44,317 nt of DNA, taken from IMG/VR virus record IMGVR_UViG_3300036376_000012, positions 1 to 44,317 of that record. The stretch is one strand, 5' to 3'. The notes below the pieces were generated by a model. It was given only the letters and a program-made list of their open reading frames with translations. It did no database searches and was not told the DNA's origin. Origin of the DNA: a virus. Its lineage: Duplodnaviria; Caudoviricetes. This document shows, in pieces, positions 26,513-35,481 of the stretch; position 1 is the stretch's first letter, and each line of letters starts with the position of its first letter. The translations under genes and the position numbers were made by a program.

Positions 26513-28617
26513 GGGTGGTGACCGACGCCGGCACGGTGATCGAGATCGGCGAGACGGAAACCGCGCCGACGATCGCGATCACCGATTACAGCCGCAAGGT
26601 GACCGACGATTTCGGGGTGACGAGCGTCGTCAAGCGCGGGTTCGCGCGGCGCCTGTCGGTCCGGGTCAAGACGCCCACCAGCGCCGTCGACGCCGTGCAG
26701 CGCCAGCTCGCGGCGCTGCGCGCGACGCCGGCGCAGTGGATCGCCGACGACAGCCTCGCCAGCCTGTCGGTGCGGGGGTTCTACAAGGATTTCTCGATCG
26801 ACTTCGCGGCCGGGACGATCAGCTACTGCTCGCTCACGATCGAGGGCCTGACGGAGGAGGACGCCACCGCCGACGCCGGCGCCGATCCGGCTCCCGATGG
26901 CGGCGCATCGACGCTGCGGCTCCTGGCGCCGCTGCAGATCGCCGCGGCGATGCTGGGCGCGAGCAGCGCGGCCGAGACCGATTATCCCGCCTGGGCGGCG
27001 GGCACGACCTATGCGCAGAATGCGCGCGTCATCCTCGCCGCGACGCATCGCATCTACGAGAGCGTCGCCGGCGGCAATGTCGGGCACGACCCGGCGAGCA
27101 CGACAGGCTACTGGCTCGACATCGGGCCGACCAACCGCTGGGCGATGTTCGACGAGGCGCTGGGATCGGCGACGGCGGCGGACGGGCCGCTGGTGGTGCA
27201 GCTCAACCCGGGCACCACGGTCGACGCGGTGGCGCTGCTCGACGTGAGCGCCACGAGCGTGCGGGTGCAGCGGGGCGGCTACGACCGCACGATCGCGCCG
27301 GCGAGCCAGCCCGGCACGGCGCTGTTCCTCGATCTGCCGGCGGGCGCCGGCGCGATCACGATCACGGTCGCGGGCAGCGCCGTTGCGGTCGGTACCGCGA
27401 TTATCGGGCGCCTGCTCGGCCTCGGGCTCACCGAAGAGGCGCCGAGCGCCGCGATCATCGACTATAGCCGCAAGGATACCGACGCGTTCGGCGCGGTGAC
27501 GGTGGTGGAGCGGGCGTGGGCGAAGCGGATGGAGGTGCGCAGCCTCATCCGCACCGACGCGCTCGACGCGGTGCTGGCCCGCCTCACCAACGTGCGCGCG
27601 ACGCCGGCGCTGTGGATCGGCGACGAGACGCTGGAGAGCCTCAGCGTCTACGGCTTCTACCGCGACGCCTCGATCGAGGTGAGCGAGACGAGCAGCCTCC
27701 TGTCGCTGACGATCGACGGGCTGAGCGCGGCCGCGACGATCGCGCCGCTGCTGGGCGAGGTACAGGTGAGCTGGCCCGACGTCGTCGACGACGATCCGGC
27801 GCATCCCAAGCCGGCGGACGGCGCCACGGTCGGCGCGCCGGCGGGGACGCCGGTGGGCGATCGGACGGCGCAGCAGGTCGTGGACGATCTCGATGCGGCG
27901 GTCGACACGATCGGCGAGGAGGTGATGCGCGGCGCGACGTGGCGCGCGGAAAGCGACCAGGTGCTGTACCTGTCGGACGGCCGCCCCGTGCGGATCGCGG
28001 TCGAGGCGATCGGCGCCGATGTCGACGGGGTCAAGCAGTTCGTCGCTTTCCTCCAGGAGGTCGATACCAGCACGGAGACGAGCAAGTTCCTGTTCTCGGC
28101 CAAATCGGACGGGACGATCGTCGGCATCGAAGGCCTGGTGGGCGGTGGATTTGACCAGATCACCATGGTCGCGTCCAAATTCTTCTTCGTCGACAACAGC
28201 GGCAACAACCCGGTGAACGCGCTCGCGTACGAGAGTGGGGGGTGGAAGCTCAAGTCGATCGAGGCGGACACGATCACCTATGGATCGCTGATCCCCAAAT
28301 TCGGGGGCGATTACAGCAGCTATGACGAGTTCGGCGGCTGGGAGATGATGCCGTCGGGCATCATCCGCCAGTGGGGCAAGTTCCGAGGGCAGATTGACGA
28401 CGAAGTGCAGATCACCGTCGTCTTCCCGAAGCGCTTTCCGAACGCCGTGACGTCTGTGATCGCCACGCCCTGGATTAGCAGCTTCTCGCAATATCGCGAC
28501 CTGTGGCTTCAGAATGTCGGCGAGCCGACGCTGCAGGGCGCGACCTTCGCTACTCAATCATCAACCAGCAATGCCCAGCATATCGACGGGTTCGACTGGC
28601 AAGCTCATGGATATTGA
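26509..28617 (+). CDS. Tail tip/hub protein with a duplicated domain and gp53-like C-terminus
   Basis: Two copies of a DYSRK.TD.FG...RATPA.WI...GFY.D.SI...SLTI.GL domain; C-terminal MPSGIIRQWG...FPKRFPNA...WQAHGY. Confidence 0.75.
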   Translation: MRVVTDAGTVIEIGETETAPTIAITDYSRKVTDDFGVTSVVKRGFARRLSVRVKTPTSAVDAVQRQLAALRATPAQWIADDSLASLSVRGFYKDFSIDFAAGTISYCSLTIEGLTEEDATADAGADPAPDGGASTLRLLAPLQIAAAMLGASSAAETDYPAWAAGTTYAQNARVILAATHRIYESVAGGNVGHDPASTTGYWLDIGPTNRWAMFDEALGSATAADGPLVVQLNPGTTVDAVALLDVSATSVRVQRGGYDRTIAPASQPGTALFLDLPAGAGAITITVAGSAVAVGTAIIGRLLGLGLTEEAPSAAIIDYSRKDTDAFGAVTVVERAWAKRMEVRSLIRTDALDAVLARLTNVRATPALWIGDETLESLSVYGFYRDASIEVSETSSLLSLTIDGLSAAATIAPLLGEVQVSWPDVVDDDPAHPKPADGATVGAPAGTPVGDRTAQQVVDDLDAAVDTIGEEVMRGATWRAESDQVLYLSDGRPVRIAVEAIGADVDGVKQFVAFLQEVDTSTETSKFLFSAKSDGTIVGIEGLVGGGFDQITMVASKFFFVDNSGNNPVNALAYESGGWKLKSIEADTITYGSLIPKFGGDYSSYDEFGGWEMMPSGIIRQWGKFRGQIDDEVQITVVFPKRFPNAVTSVIATPWISSFSQYRDLWLQNVGEPTLQGATFATQSSTSNAQHIDGFDWQAHGY

Positions 28618-28619
28618 TC

Positions 28620-29039
28620 ATGCCCAGCCCTGTTGACGAGGCGAGCTTTGCGGCGCTGGTGGCGCGGTTTTCGGGCCAGCTCGACGAATGGCGCGGGCTG
28701 GTGCGCCAGGTGCTGGTGCTGGAGCTGAACGGCGCGGGGCCGTGGACGCTCACGGCCGCCGATCATGGCGGCGTGTCGCTGCTCGTCTCCAACTTCAACG
28801 CAACGGCGACGATCAGCCTCACCCTGCCCGCCACGGCCTCGGCCGGCACGATCTTCCTGGTCGACCAGGTCGGGCCGGCGCCGGTCAAGCTCGTGGGCGC
28901 CGCAGGGGCGACGATCGTGCATCGCCTGGCGCACAACGGCACCGCCGGCCGCTATGCGAGCATCAGCGCCAAATGCATCGGAAACAGCGGCGGCGGCTCC
29001 GCACAATATCTGATCGGCGGGGACACGGCGTTGCTATGA
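28620..29039 (+). CDS. Tail-associated small beta protein (fibre adaptor candidate)
   Basis: WTLTAADHGG...ISLTLPA...YLIGGD; located between hub and spike genes. Confidence 0.65.
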   Translation: MPSPVDEASFAALVARFSGQLDEWRGLVRQVLVLELNGAGPWTLTAADHGGVSLLVSNFNATATISLTLPATASAGTIFLVDQVGPAPVKLVGAAGATIVHRLAHNGTAGRYASISAKCIGNSGGGSAQYLIGGDTALL

Positions 29040-31291
29040 CGACGCTGATGCAAAGAGCGGGCTTCTTCCCCGCCTATATCGCCGTTGCACGCGCCGGCGC
29101 CGTTCGGAACGCGATTTACATCGCTCCGGCTGCCTCGGGGCTGGGCGACGGGTCATCATGGTCGAACGCCGCCTCGCTCGCCAGCCTTAACGACCTGATC
29201 GCACAGGCTCGCGGATCCGGCGCGGAAATCTGGCTGCGCGCCGATGCCGGCGTCTACAGTGACGGCGCGCGCACGATCAATCAGGGCGGGACGGCCGCCG
29301 CGCCTGTCATAATCCGGGGTGTCAACGTCGATGGCACGCCGGGCTATGCGACCTTCAGGGGCAATCGCAGCGCGCCTTACGTGCCGCCTGCGGTCCCGCT
29401 CGATTTCTTCCGAACCTGCGTCTTCGGACTCGCCACGGGCGCGAATTACCTGCACTTCGCCTATTTGGCGCTGGTCAACAGCAACAATGGTCTGATCCGC
29501 ACAATCAACGCCGTGAGCGGCATCGTCGTCGAAGATATCGCGCTCACCAATGTGCGGCACGGCATCAACGGGCAATCGGCCTCTTTCAACGGGATCACGA
29601 TCCGCCGGCTCGTCGCGAGAGGCTATTCCAAACGAGCGATCATCCTGGCGTCGAGCAGCAATGCGATCCTCGTCGAATATTGCGACCTCGACAGCCAGCA
29701 GCAGGATAAGGACAATTTTGCGGGCGGCGTCGTCTTCGACGGCACGGCGCACGATGCGCTGGTGCGCCACGTGCGCGCCGCCAACCATTATTCGAGCCTG
29801 GGCGGCTACTGGAACGCGGACGCATTCTCGAGCGAGCGCGGCAACTACAATCTTGCTTTCGAGGACTGCGAAGCGGCGGGGGACACCGACGGCGGCTGGG
29901 ACCTCAAGTCGCGATCGACGACGCTGCTGCGCTGCGTCTCCCGCGACAACAAGCGCAACAACCGCTTGTGGGGCGAGATCACGCTCACCTCCTGTCAGGG
30001 GATCAGCCCGTTCAAGCGCGGCGGATCGGGCGCGTCGTACCAGATCGGCGCCTATGACCGATCGTTCATCCGGGTCATCACGTCGACCTTCAGCCAGGTG
30101 AGCAGCGCCCGACCGTTCTACGTCGAGAAGTCGGGCTTCCTGGCGATGGACGCGGCGACGCAGGCGGCGACAGTCCGCCCCGGTGGCGGCTCGCTGGTCG
30201 ACATCAACGGCCCCGACGCGCAGTTCGTGACGCTCGACACGTCTGACACCAGTCCGCTGGTGCTGACATCGCCCTCGTCGGCATCGATCAACGAGGAAAG
30301 CGCCGGCGCGTTCGCCTTCACGGCCAACAAGCCGTTCGTGCTCGAGATCGTCGGCGGTGCCGACGCCGACCAGTTCGCGGCCTATGGCCGCACGCTGCGG
30401 ATGAAGCGGCAGGATTTCGATACGCTGCCTTCGCCGGTGCTGCACGTGTCGGTGCGCGGGCGCGATGCCAACAACAATCGCTCGGCCGTGATGGATTTCG
30501 CGGTCACGATCATCGATATCGACGACAGCCCGATCAGCACCGGCGAGCTGCTCGCCTATGCCGGATCGGACGGCAGCTGCGTCGAATTCCGCAGACCTTA
30601 TCTGTGGGCCGATCTCGCGATGACGGCGCCGGCGCAACCCGGCGACGGCGTCGCAGCCATTACCGACGTCTCGGGCAAGGGGCGCCACTGGCGGCAGCCC
30701 GATCCCTATCTGCGCGCGACCTACCAGACCGACGGGTTCATCGACTGGATCGAGGATCTCGATTCGGCCGCTTATCTCATCGGCGACGAGGGCACGTTGC
30801 GCTTCGCGCAGCTCTCGGCCGTGGTGGCGCTCGAGCGCACGGCCCTGCCCGACGGCACGGCCGAGAATGTCGGACGGCAATATCTGCTCGCCTTCCCGCG
30901 GTCCGCCTCTGAAGCCTCGTTCAATGCCGTGTGGGCGCTAGGCGTGATCGGCGGCAACGATGCCTGGATGCGGCTCAACTCGACGAACACGACGGCGAGC
31001 GACAATTCGGCGCCGGCGAGCAAGCCGATCGCGCTCGCCATGCGCAGCGGTGACGCCGTCCTGCAGCGCGACGGCACGACCTATGCCGACGGCCCCGACG
31101 TCGCGAGCCTCAGCTACGCGGCGGCGGTCGCGGCAAAGCAGGCCATGGCGTTCGCGGAGCCCGATCCGGTGCCCAACGGCAATTTCTCGGGGCGCGCCTT
31201 CGGCGCATGGATCTGGAACCGGAGCGCGGACACCAGCACGCTGTTCCGGGTGCAGAAGCAGCTGCTGCAGCTCGCCGGCGAACAGCTCTGA
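29036..31291 (+). CDS. Tailspike/depolymerase: beta-helix + cadherin-like + lectin-like domains
   Basis: IYIAPAASGLGDGSSWSNA start, GGTAAAPVIIRG, pectin-lyase-like repeats, C-terminal DVSGKGRHWRQ...FSGR module. Confidence 0.75.
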   Translation: MTTLMQRAGFFPAYIAVARAGAVRNAIYIAPAASGLGDGSSWSNAASLASLNDLIAQARGSGAEIWLRADAGVYSDGARTINQGGTAAAPVIIRGVNVDGTPGYATFRGNRSAPYVPPAVPLDFFRTCVFGLATGANYLHFAYLALVNSNNGLIRTINAVSGIVVEDIALTNVRHGINGQSASFNGITIRRLVARGYSKRAIILASSSNAILVEYCDLDSQQQDKDNFAGGVVFDGTAHDALVRHVRAANHYSSLGGYWNADAFSSERGNYNLAFEDCEAAGDTDGGWDLKSRSTTLLRCVSRDNKRNNRLWGEITLTSCQGISPFKRGGSGASYQIGAYDRSFIRVITSTFSQVSSARPFYVEKSGFLAMDAATQAATVRPGGGSLVDINGPDAQFVTLDTSDTSPLVLTSPSSASINEESAGAFAFTANKPFVLEIVGGADADQFAAYGRTLRMKRQDFDTLPSPVLHVSVRGRDANNNRSAVMDFAVTIIDIDDSPISTGELLAYAGSDGSCVEFRRPYLWADLAMTAPAQPGDGVAAITDVSGKGRHWRQPDPYLRATYQTDGFIDWIEDLDSAAYLIGDEGTLRFAQLSAVVALERTALPDGTAENVGRQYLLAFPRSASEASFNAVWALGVIGGNDAWMRLNSTNTTASDNSAPASKPIALAMRSGDAVLQRDGTTYADGPDVASLSYAAAVAAKQAMAFAEPDPVPNGNFSGRAFGAWIWNRSADTSTLFRVQKQLLQLAGEQL

Positions 31292-31328
31292 CGGCGTCAC
31301 CACTTTAGCCAAATCGGAAGGAGGCGTC

Positions 31329-31541
31329 ATGCCGCCTGAAGCTCTCACATTCCTGGGCCAGTTCGGCGCGGAGGGCGCCTTCGTCTGGTACCTGATCTGG
31401 CGCGAGAAGCGCGACGCCGAGGCCAGGCTCAAGTTCGAAACGGACCGGCTGAGCGCCGACAAGGATCGCATCGAAGCCGACAAGACGATGGCGACCGCGC
31501 TGACCGCGCTCAAGATGACGATTGAGGGGCTCGCCAAATGA
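31329..31541 (+). CDS. Small membrane protein, holin-like (one TM plus coiled coil)
   Basis: AAGGAGG RBS; LGQFGAEGAFVWYLIWREKR followed by a charged helix. Confidence 0.55.
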   Translation: MPPEALTFLGQFGAEGAFVWYLIWREKRDAEARLKFETDRLSADKDRIEADKTMATALTALKMTIEGLAK

Positions 31542-31690
31542 TCGTCGAGGACGCCCTGCGGTTGCGCACGCGCGCGGCCGAGGCGCTCGCCGAGGCCTGC
31601 GTTACGATCATCGCGACACTCGATGCCGCCGGCGCCCCGAGACCGCCGCGTCGGCCGCGCCGCGGGCGTCTCGATCGCGGCTTCAACTAA
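31538..31690 (+). CDS. Small hypothetical protein (50 aa)
   Basis: My translation MIVEDALRLRTRAAEALAEACVTIIATLDAAGAPRPPRRPRRGRLDRGFN*; ATGA-coupled. Confidence 0.5.
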   Translation: MIVEDALRLRTRAAEALAEACVTIIATLDAAGAPRPPRRPRRGRLDRGFN

Positions 31691-31738
31691 TCCCGCGAGC
31701 CAACAGCTCGCATCCCCTCCTGCAGCACGGAGATCATC

Positions 31739-31999
31739 ATGGCGCAGAGCTATCCTGACGTCGACATCGGCGGCGTCTATATTGACCTGATCGCCCAGGC
31801 GGGCCTGGTCGCGATCGCCAACCAGCGCGTCACGGTGCAGGCCAAGGGCAGCCAGGCCGTCATCGTCTATGTCGGCGGCGCGGCCGCGCCCACGGGCCGC
31901 CAAGGCATCGTGCTCAACCCCGGCCAATCGCTGACCGGAACGTCCGATCACATCTGGGCGCTCGGCCCGGGCACCGTCGCCGTGCTGGTGGAGGACTGA
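31739..31999 (+). CDS. 86-aa beta-rich protein (possible head-spike base)
   Basis: GGAG RBS; beta-strand pattern; directly precedes the large fibre-like gene. Confidence 0.65.
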   Translation: MAQSYPDVDIGGVYIDLIAQAGLVAIANQRVTVQAKGSQAVIVYVGGAAAPTGRQGIVLNPGQSLTGTSDHIWALGPGTVAVLVED

Positions 32000-32003
32000 T
32001 CCC

Positions 32004-35000
32004 ATGGGCATCAGCACGTCCATCAACGGCCGAAGCGGCGGCTCGCTGTCCAATCGCTCGGTCACGGTCGCCGCGGGCTACACTGGCGTGCTGCCGGCGC
32101 TGACGGCGCCATTGGCGTCCCCCATTACCTATTCCAAGCTCTCGGGTTCGGCGTCGATCACCAACATCGCCACCGGCGTGCCGAGCCTCACTTCGGCACT
32201 GGCCGCCGGCGCCAGCGTCAGCGCGATCGTGCGAGCCGTCTCAGGCGTTCAAGCGGTAGAGTACCAGTTGACCGTGACGGGCGTGACACCGACGCCGAGC
32301 GCCAATCCACAGGTTCAATTTGCGGCCGCGCAGATCTCGCAGCCCGAAGGCGACAGCGCAATCAAGGCGTTCACCTTCACCATTCAGCGCAACACCTCGA
32401 TCGGAGCGGCGGGGGGAACCTATGCTTTCGACAGGGGCGGCACCGATTCGGCCGATTACCCGAGCGGGCTGCCGACTGGCGGCACGTACAGTTTCGCCGA
32501 CGGAGTGAACACGACGACGGTCACCATCACGACCTCGGGCGACACTTCATTCGAAGCCGACGAAAGCTTCAGCATCAATCTACAGCCGCCCGCCGGCTAT
32601 AGCTTGGTCGCACCCTCGACCGCTACCGGCACGATCCTCAACGACGACGTGCTGATACTGGTGCCCGACGCGCCATCGATCGCGGTGGCGGCCGGCAACG
32701 CGCAGGCGGTGATCACCATCACCGACGGCAGCACCGGCGGCTCTGCGATCACGGCGCACAAGATCTATCGCGGGCTTTCGGCCGGGAACGAGACGCTGAT
32801 CGCGACTTATCCAGCATCCTCGGGGCTCATCTACACCGACAATCTGCTGACCAATGGCACCACCTATTTCTACAAGGTGACGGCTGTGAACGTCGCGGGC
32901 GAAAGCGCGCGCTCGAACAGCGCCAGCGGTGCGCCCAGCGCGGCAAGCGGCCTCACGCCCAACCAACAGATGCTGGCGGCACTGCCTCCGCGGCCTAAGG
33001 TTGGTGTGCTTGGCGGATCGCGTGAGCGGCAGAATGCGGCGACCGCCGGCACTCAGACGCGGACCATGCCCTCGGGTGACATCGCCTGGGCCGAAGCACT
33101 CGATCCGCTGCTGTTCCAGAGCATCTGGGGCTATAGCAACCAGGTCGACGCGAACAGCAACGGCCTGACGGGATTCCTGTTCGCCAATGACGGCGACGGC
33201 CCCTGGAACGTCTGGCAGCGCATCGCGGCGTTCCTCGCGTCCGATGCCGATGTCGCGGTCGTGGCGATCTCCTCGAACGCCATCCAATTCAACGACTTCG
33301 ACATCTACCAGACCGACCTCAACCGCAGCATCACCGCCGCCAACCTAGTGTCACTGTACCAGCAGATCTGCCTTAAAATCATCCAGGGCGGCAAACCTGT
33401 CATCTTCAAAGAGCTCTGGGAGCGCGGCGTATACCGCACCGATGGCACCGCGATCGGCGGGCCCTGGACGAGTGGCTCCTCACCGCGCGCCGTCATCGCA
33501 CCTGCCAATTCGACCATGAAGAGCTGGTGCGCGACACAGGGCATCCCCTTTCTGGAGGTACGGGCTGCGATGACCACGACGCAGGTCAACGGCAGCAACA
33601 ACGACGTCGTGCCGATCGCCGCCTATGTCCGCGACGACAGCACCCACTTGTCGACGATGGGCGGCAAGAAGATGGGTGAGCTGCATAACGCGCTGTTCTC
33701 GAACATTTTTACGCGCGCGAGCAGCTTCACCGACGAAGGCGCCACCAATTACGCCGTGAACCCGACCTTCACCGGCACGGGCGGCACGTTGTCGGCAGGG
33801 TTCGAGGCTGGCTCGATCGCCCCCGATAACATGTCCATCACGCGCAACAGCACCGGCACAACGTCTAAAGTGACGACATCGATTGAGACGGACGGCCAGG
33901 GCGCGCGATGGCTCGTCTTCTCGATCGACCGATCGACGATGCTCAACGCGACAGACCAAGAATCGCTGCAGTTCATCGTGCCGAGCACCGTCCCCAACGA
34001 TGCGACCAAGAGCTATGTCAGCCGCGTGCGCTGCAAGGTGGCCGCCGGCACGTGGCGCGGAACGCCCAACACGTTCATCGGCAGCTGCTGGACGATGATC
34101 CCGATGGACAATGGCGGCTCGGGCGTAACCAATCCCACCGCGGCCATGAACGCGCTGACGCTCGCCAGCGAGACGGTTCTGACGCTCAAGAGCATGCCGC
34201 AAGCATTATCGGCGGCGGCGAACTTGCGCGTCACCAGCCCCTCATGGCGCAAGGATGACGGGAGCCCCCTCACCTTCAAGGTGGCGCTGCCTGAAATCCG
34301 CACCATTCAGGACCTACACCTCTACATGTACAACGAGCAGGACACGGCGGCGCCGACGCTATCGTCTTCGGCGAACATCAGCGGGCCGGAAGAGTCCAGC
34401 TTCACCAGCTTCGTCACCACCAACAAGCCCGCGCGGCTGTCGCTGACTGGCAACGATGCGGCGCAGTTCACGATCGACAAATCAGGTCGCCTGCGCATGA
34501 ACTCGGTGCCGGATTACGAGGTGCCTGTCGATGTCGACCTCAACAATGTCTATGATCTCGGCCTGGTCATGCAGTCGTTCAATCCGACCGTTGCCGCGAC
34601 CACCACTCCCATGACCGTCACAGTCGCGGACATCCCGGATGGTACCGTCTATCGCTTCACCGCCACCAACGGCACGGACATCGCAGACCTTTATCCGACC
34701 GTCACGCGCTCGGGAACGACAGGCGCTGTCACGGTCAGCAGCAACGCGGCCAAGAACAACAATGCCATCGCACTCACCCGCTACTTCTTCCCGGCGGAAG
34801 CCACCGGCGGCAATTGCGAGGTGCGCTGGGCGGCGACGAGCGGCGCATCGACGGCGCCCGGGATCATGGTGCGCGTCGATCCAGCGACACTGGACAGGGT
34901 GAGCGTATCGTTCGTCAGTAATCAGGTGCAGGTCGGGCGGGTCAAGGCGGGTGTCGCGCAGACCGCGCTGACTTATAGCTTCTATACATCGCCTTCGGCA

Positions 35001-35468
35001 GGCACCCAATTCATCGCCCAGATCATCAACAATGTGCTGCGGGTTTACCAAAACGGCGTGGAGCTGACACCCTCGGCGGGCGTGGACTGCACGGGCTGCG
35101 CTGAGTCCTCCAATATTTCTGGCATCAGTTCGTCAACGTCATCCGGAAACGTGGGATCGATCGACAACTTCAATCCCCGGCCTGCCGTCGCGCGCACGTC
35201 GAAGGTCGTGCTCAAGGCACTGACGCTCGCGAACGACGTGCTGGCGGCCGGCACCGTCTATGCGGGCACCGTTGGCGCTTACACAGGCTCGCCAAACATG
35301 ATCGTGACGAGCGACACGTCGGGCCTTTTCTTCGTCGATGGCTTCAACCTGCGCAGCCAAGCTCCGCTGGGCGCGAGCGGAACGGTCTACACAGTCACAG
35401 TGAGCGAAGATAACGCCAACGCCGTCAACGCGCCGAAAACCACCGCCTTCACAATCACCGTTCCCTAG
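32004..35468 (+). CDS. Multidomain fibre-like protein: Calx-beta, FN3, SGNH-like esterase, cadherin-like, ConA-like
   Basis: GDTSFEADESFSINL...ATGTILNDD (Calx-beta); LTNGTTYFYKVTAVNVAGES (FN3); VLGGS, SSN and DSTH (SGNH blocks); PDYEVPVDVDLNNVYDL (cadherin). Confidence 0.75.
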   Translation: MGISTSINGRSGGSLSNRSVTVAAGYTGVLPALTAPLASPITYSKLSGSASITNIATGVPSLTSALAAGASVSAIVRAVSGVQAVEYQLTVTGVTPTPSANPQVQFAAAQISQPEGDSAIKAFTFTIQRNTSIGAAGGTYAFDRGGTDSADYPSGLPTGGTYSFADGVNTTTVTITTSGDTSFEADESFSINLQPPAGYSLVAPSTATGTILNDDVLILVPDAPSIAVAAGNAQAVITITDGSTGGSAITAHKIYRGLSAGNETLIATYPASSGLIYTDNLLTNGTTYFYKVTAVNVAGESARSNSASGAPSAASGLTPNQQMLAALPPRPKVGVLGGSRERQNAATAGTQTRTMPSGDIAWAEALDPLLFQSIWGYSNQVDANSNGLTGFLFANDGDGPWNVWQRIAAFLASDADVAVVAISSNAIQFNDFDIYQTDLNRSITAANLVSLYQQICLKIIQGGKPVIFKELWERGVYRTDGTAIGGPWTSGSSPRAVIAPANSTMKSWCATQGIPFLEVRAAMTTTQVNGSNNDVVPIAAYVRDDSTHLSTMGGKKMGELHNALFSNIFTRASSFTDEGATNYAVNPTFTGTGGTLSAGFEAGSIAPDNMSITRNSTGTTSKVTTSIETDGQGARWLVFSIDRSTMLNATDQESLQFIVPSTVPNDATKSYVSRVRCKVAAGTWRGTPNTFIGSCWTMIPMDNGGSGVTNPTAAMNALTLASETVLTLKSMPQALSAAANLRVTSPSWRKDDGSPLTFKVALPEIRTIQDLHLYMYNEQDTAAPTLSSSANISGPEESSFTSFVTTNKPARLSLTGNDAAQFTIDKSGRLRMNSVPDYEVPVDVDLNNVYDLGLVMQSFNPTVAATTTPMTVTVADIPDGTVYRFTATNGTDIADLYPTVTRSGTTGAVTVSSNAAKNNNAIALTRYFFPAEATGGNCEVRWAATSGASTAPGIMVRVDPATLDRVSVSFVSNQVQVGRVKAGVAQTALTYSFYTSPSAGTQFIAQIINNVLRVYQNGVELTPSAGVDCTGCAESSNISGISSSTSSGNVGSIDNFNPRPAVARTSKVVLKALTLANDVLAAGTVYAGTVGAYTGSPNMIVTSDTSGLFFVDGFNLRSQAPLGASGTVYTVTVSEDNANAVNAPKTTAFTITVP

Positions 35469-35481
35469 CGGAGTTCTCGAC

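Noticed and set aside
28688-29035. Long open extension upstream of the tailspike suggesting a frameshift fusion with 28620-29039
   Set aside because: No slippery heptamer seen; the ATGA overlap at 29036 explains initiation
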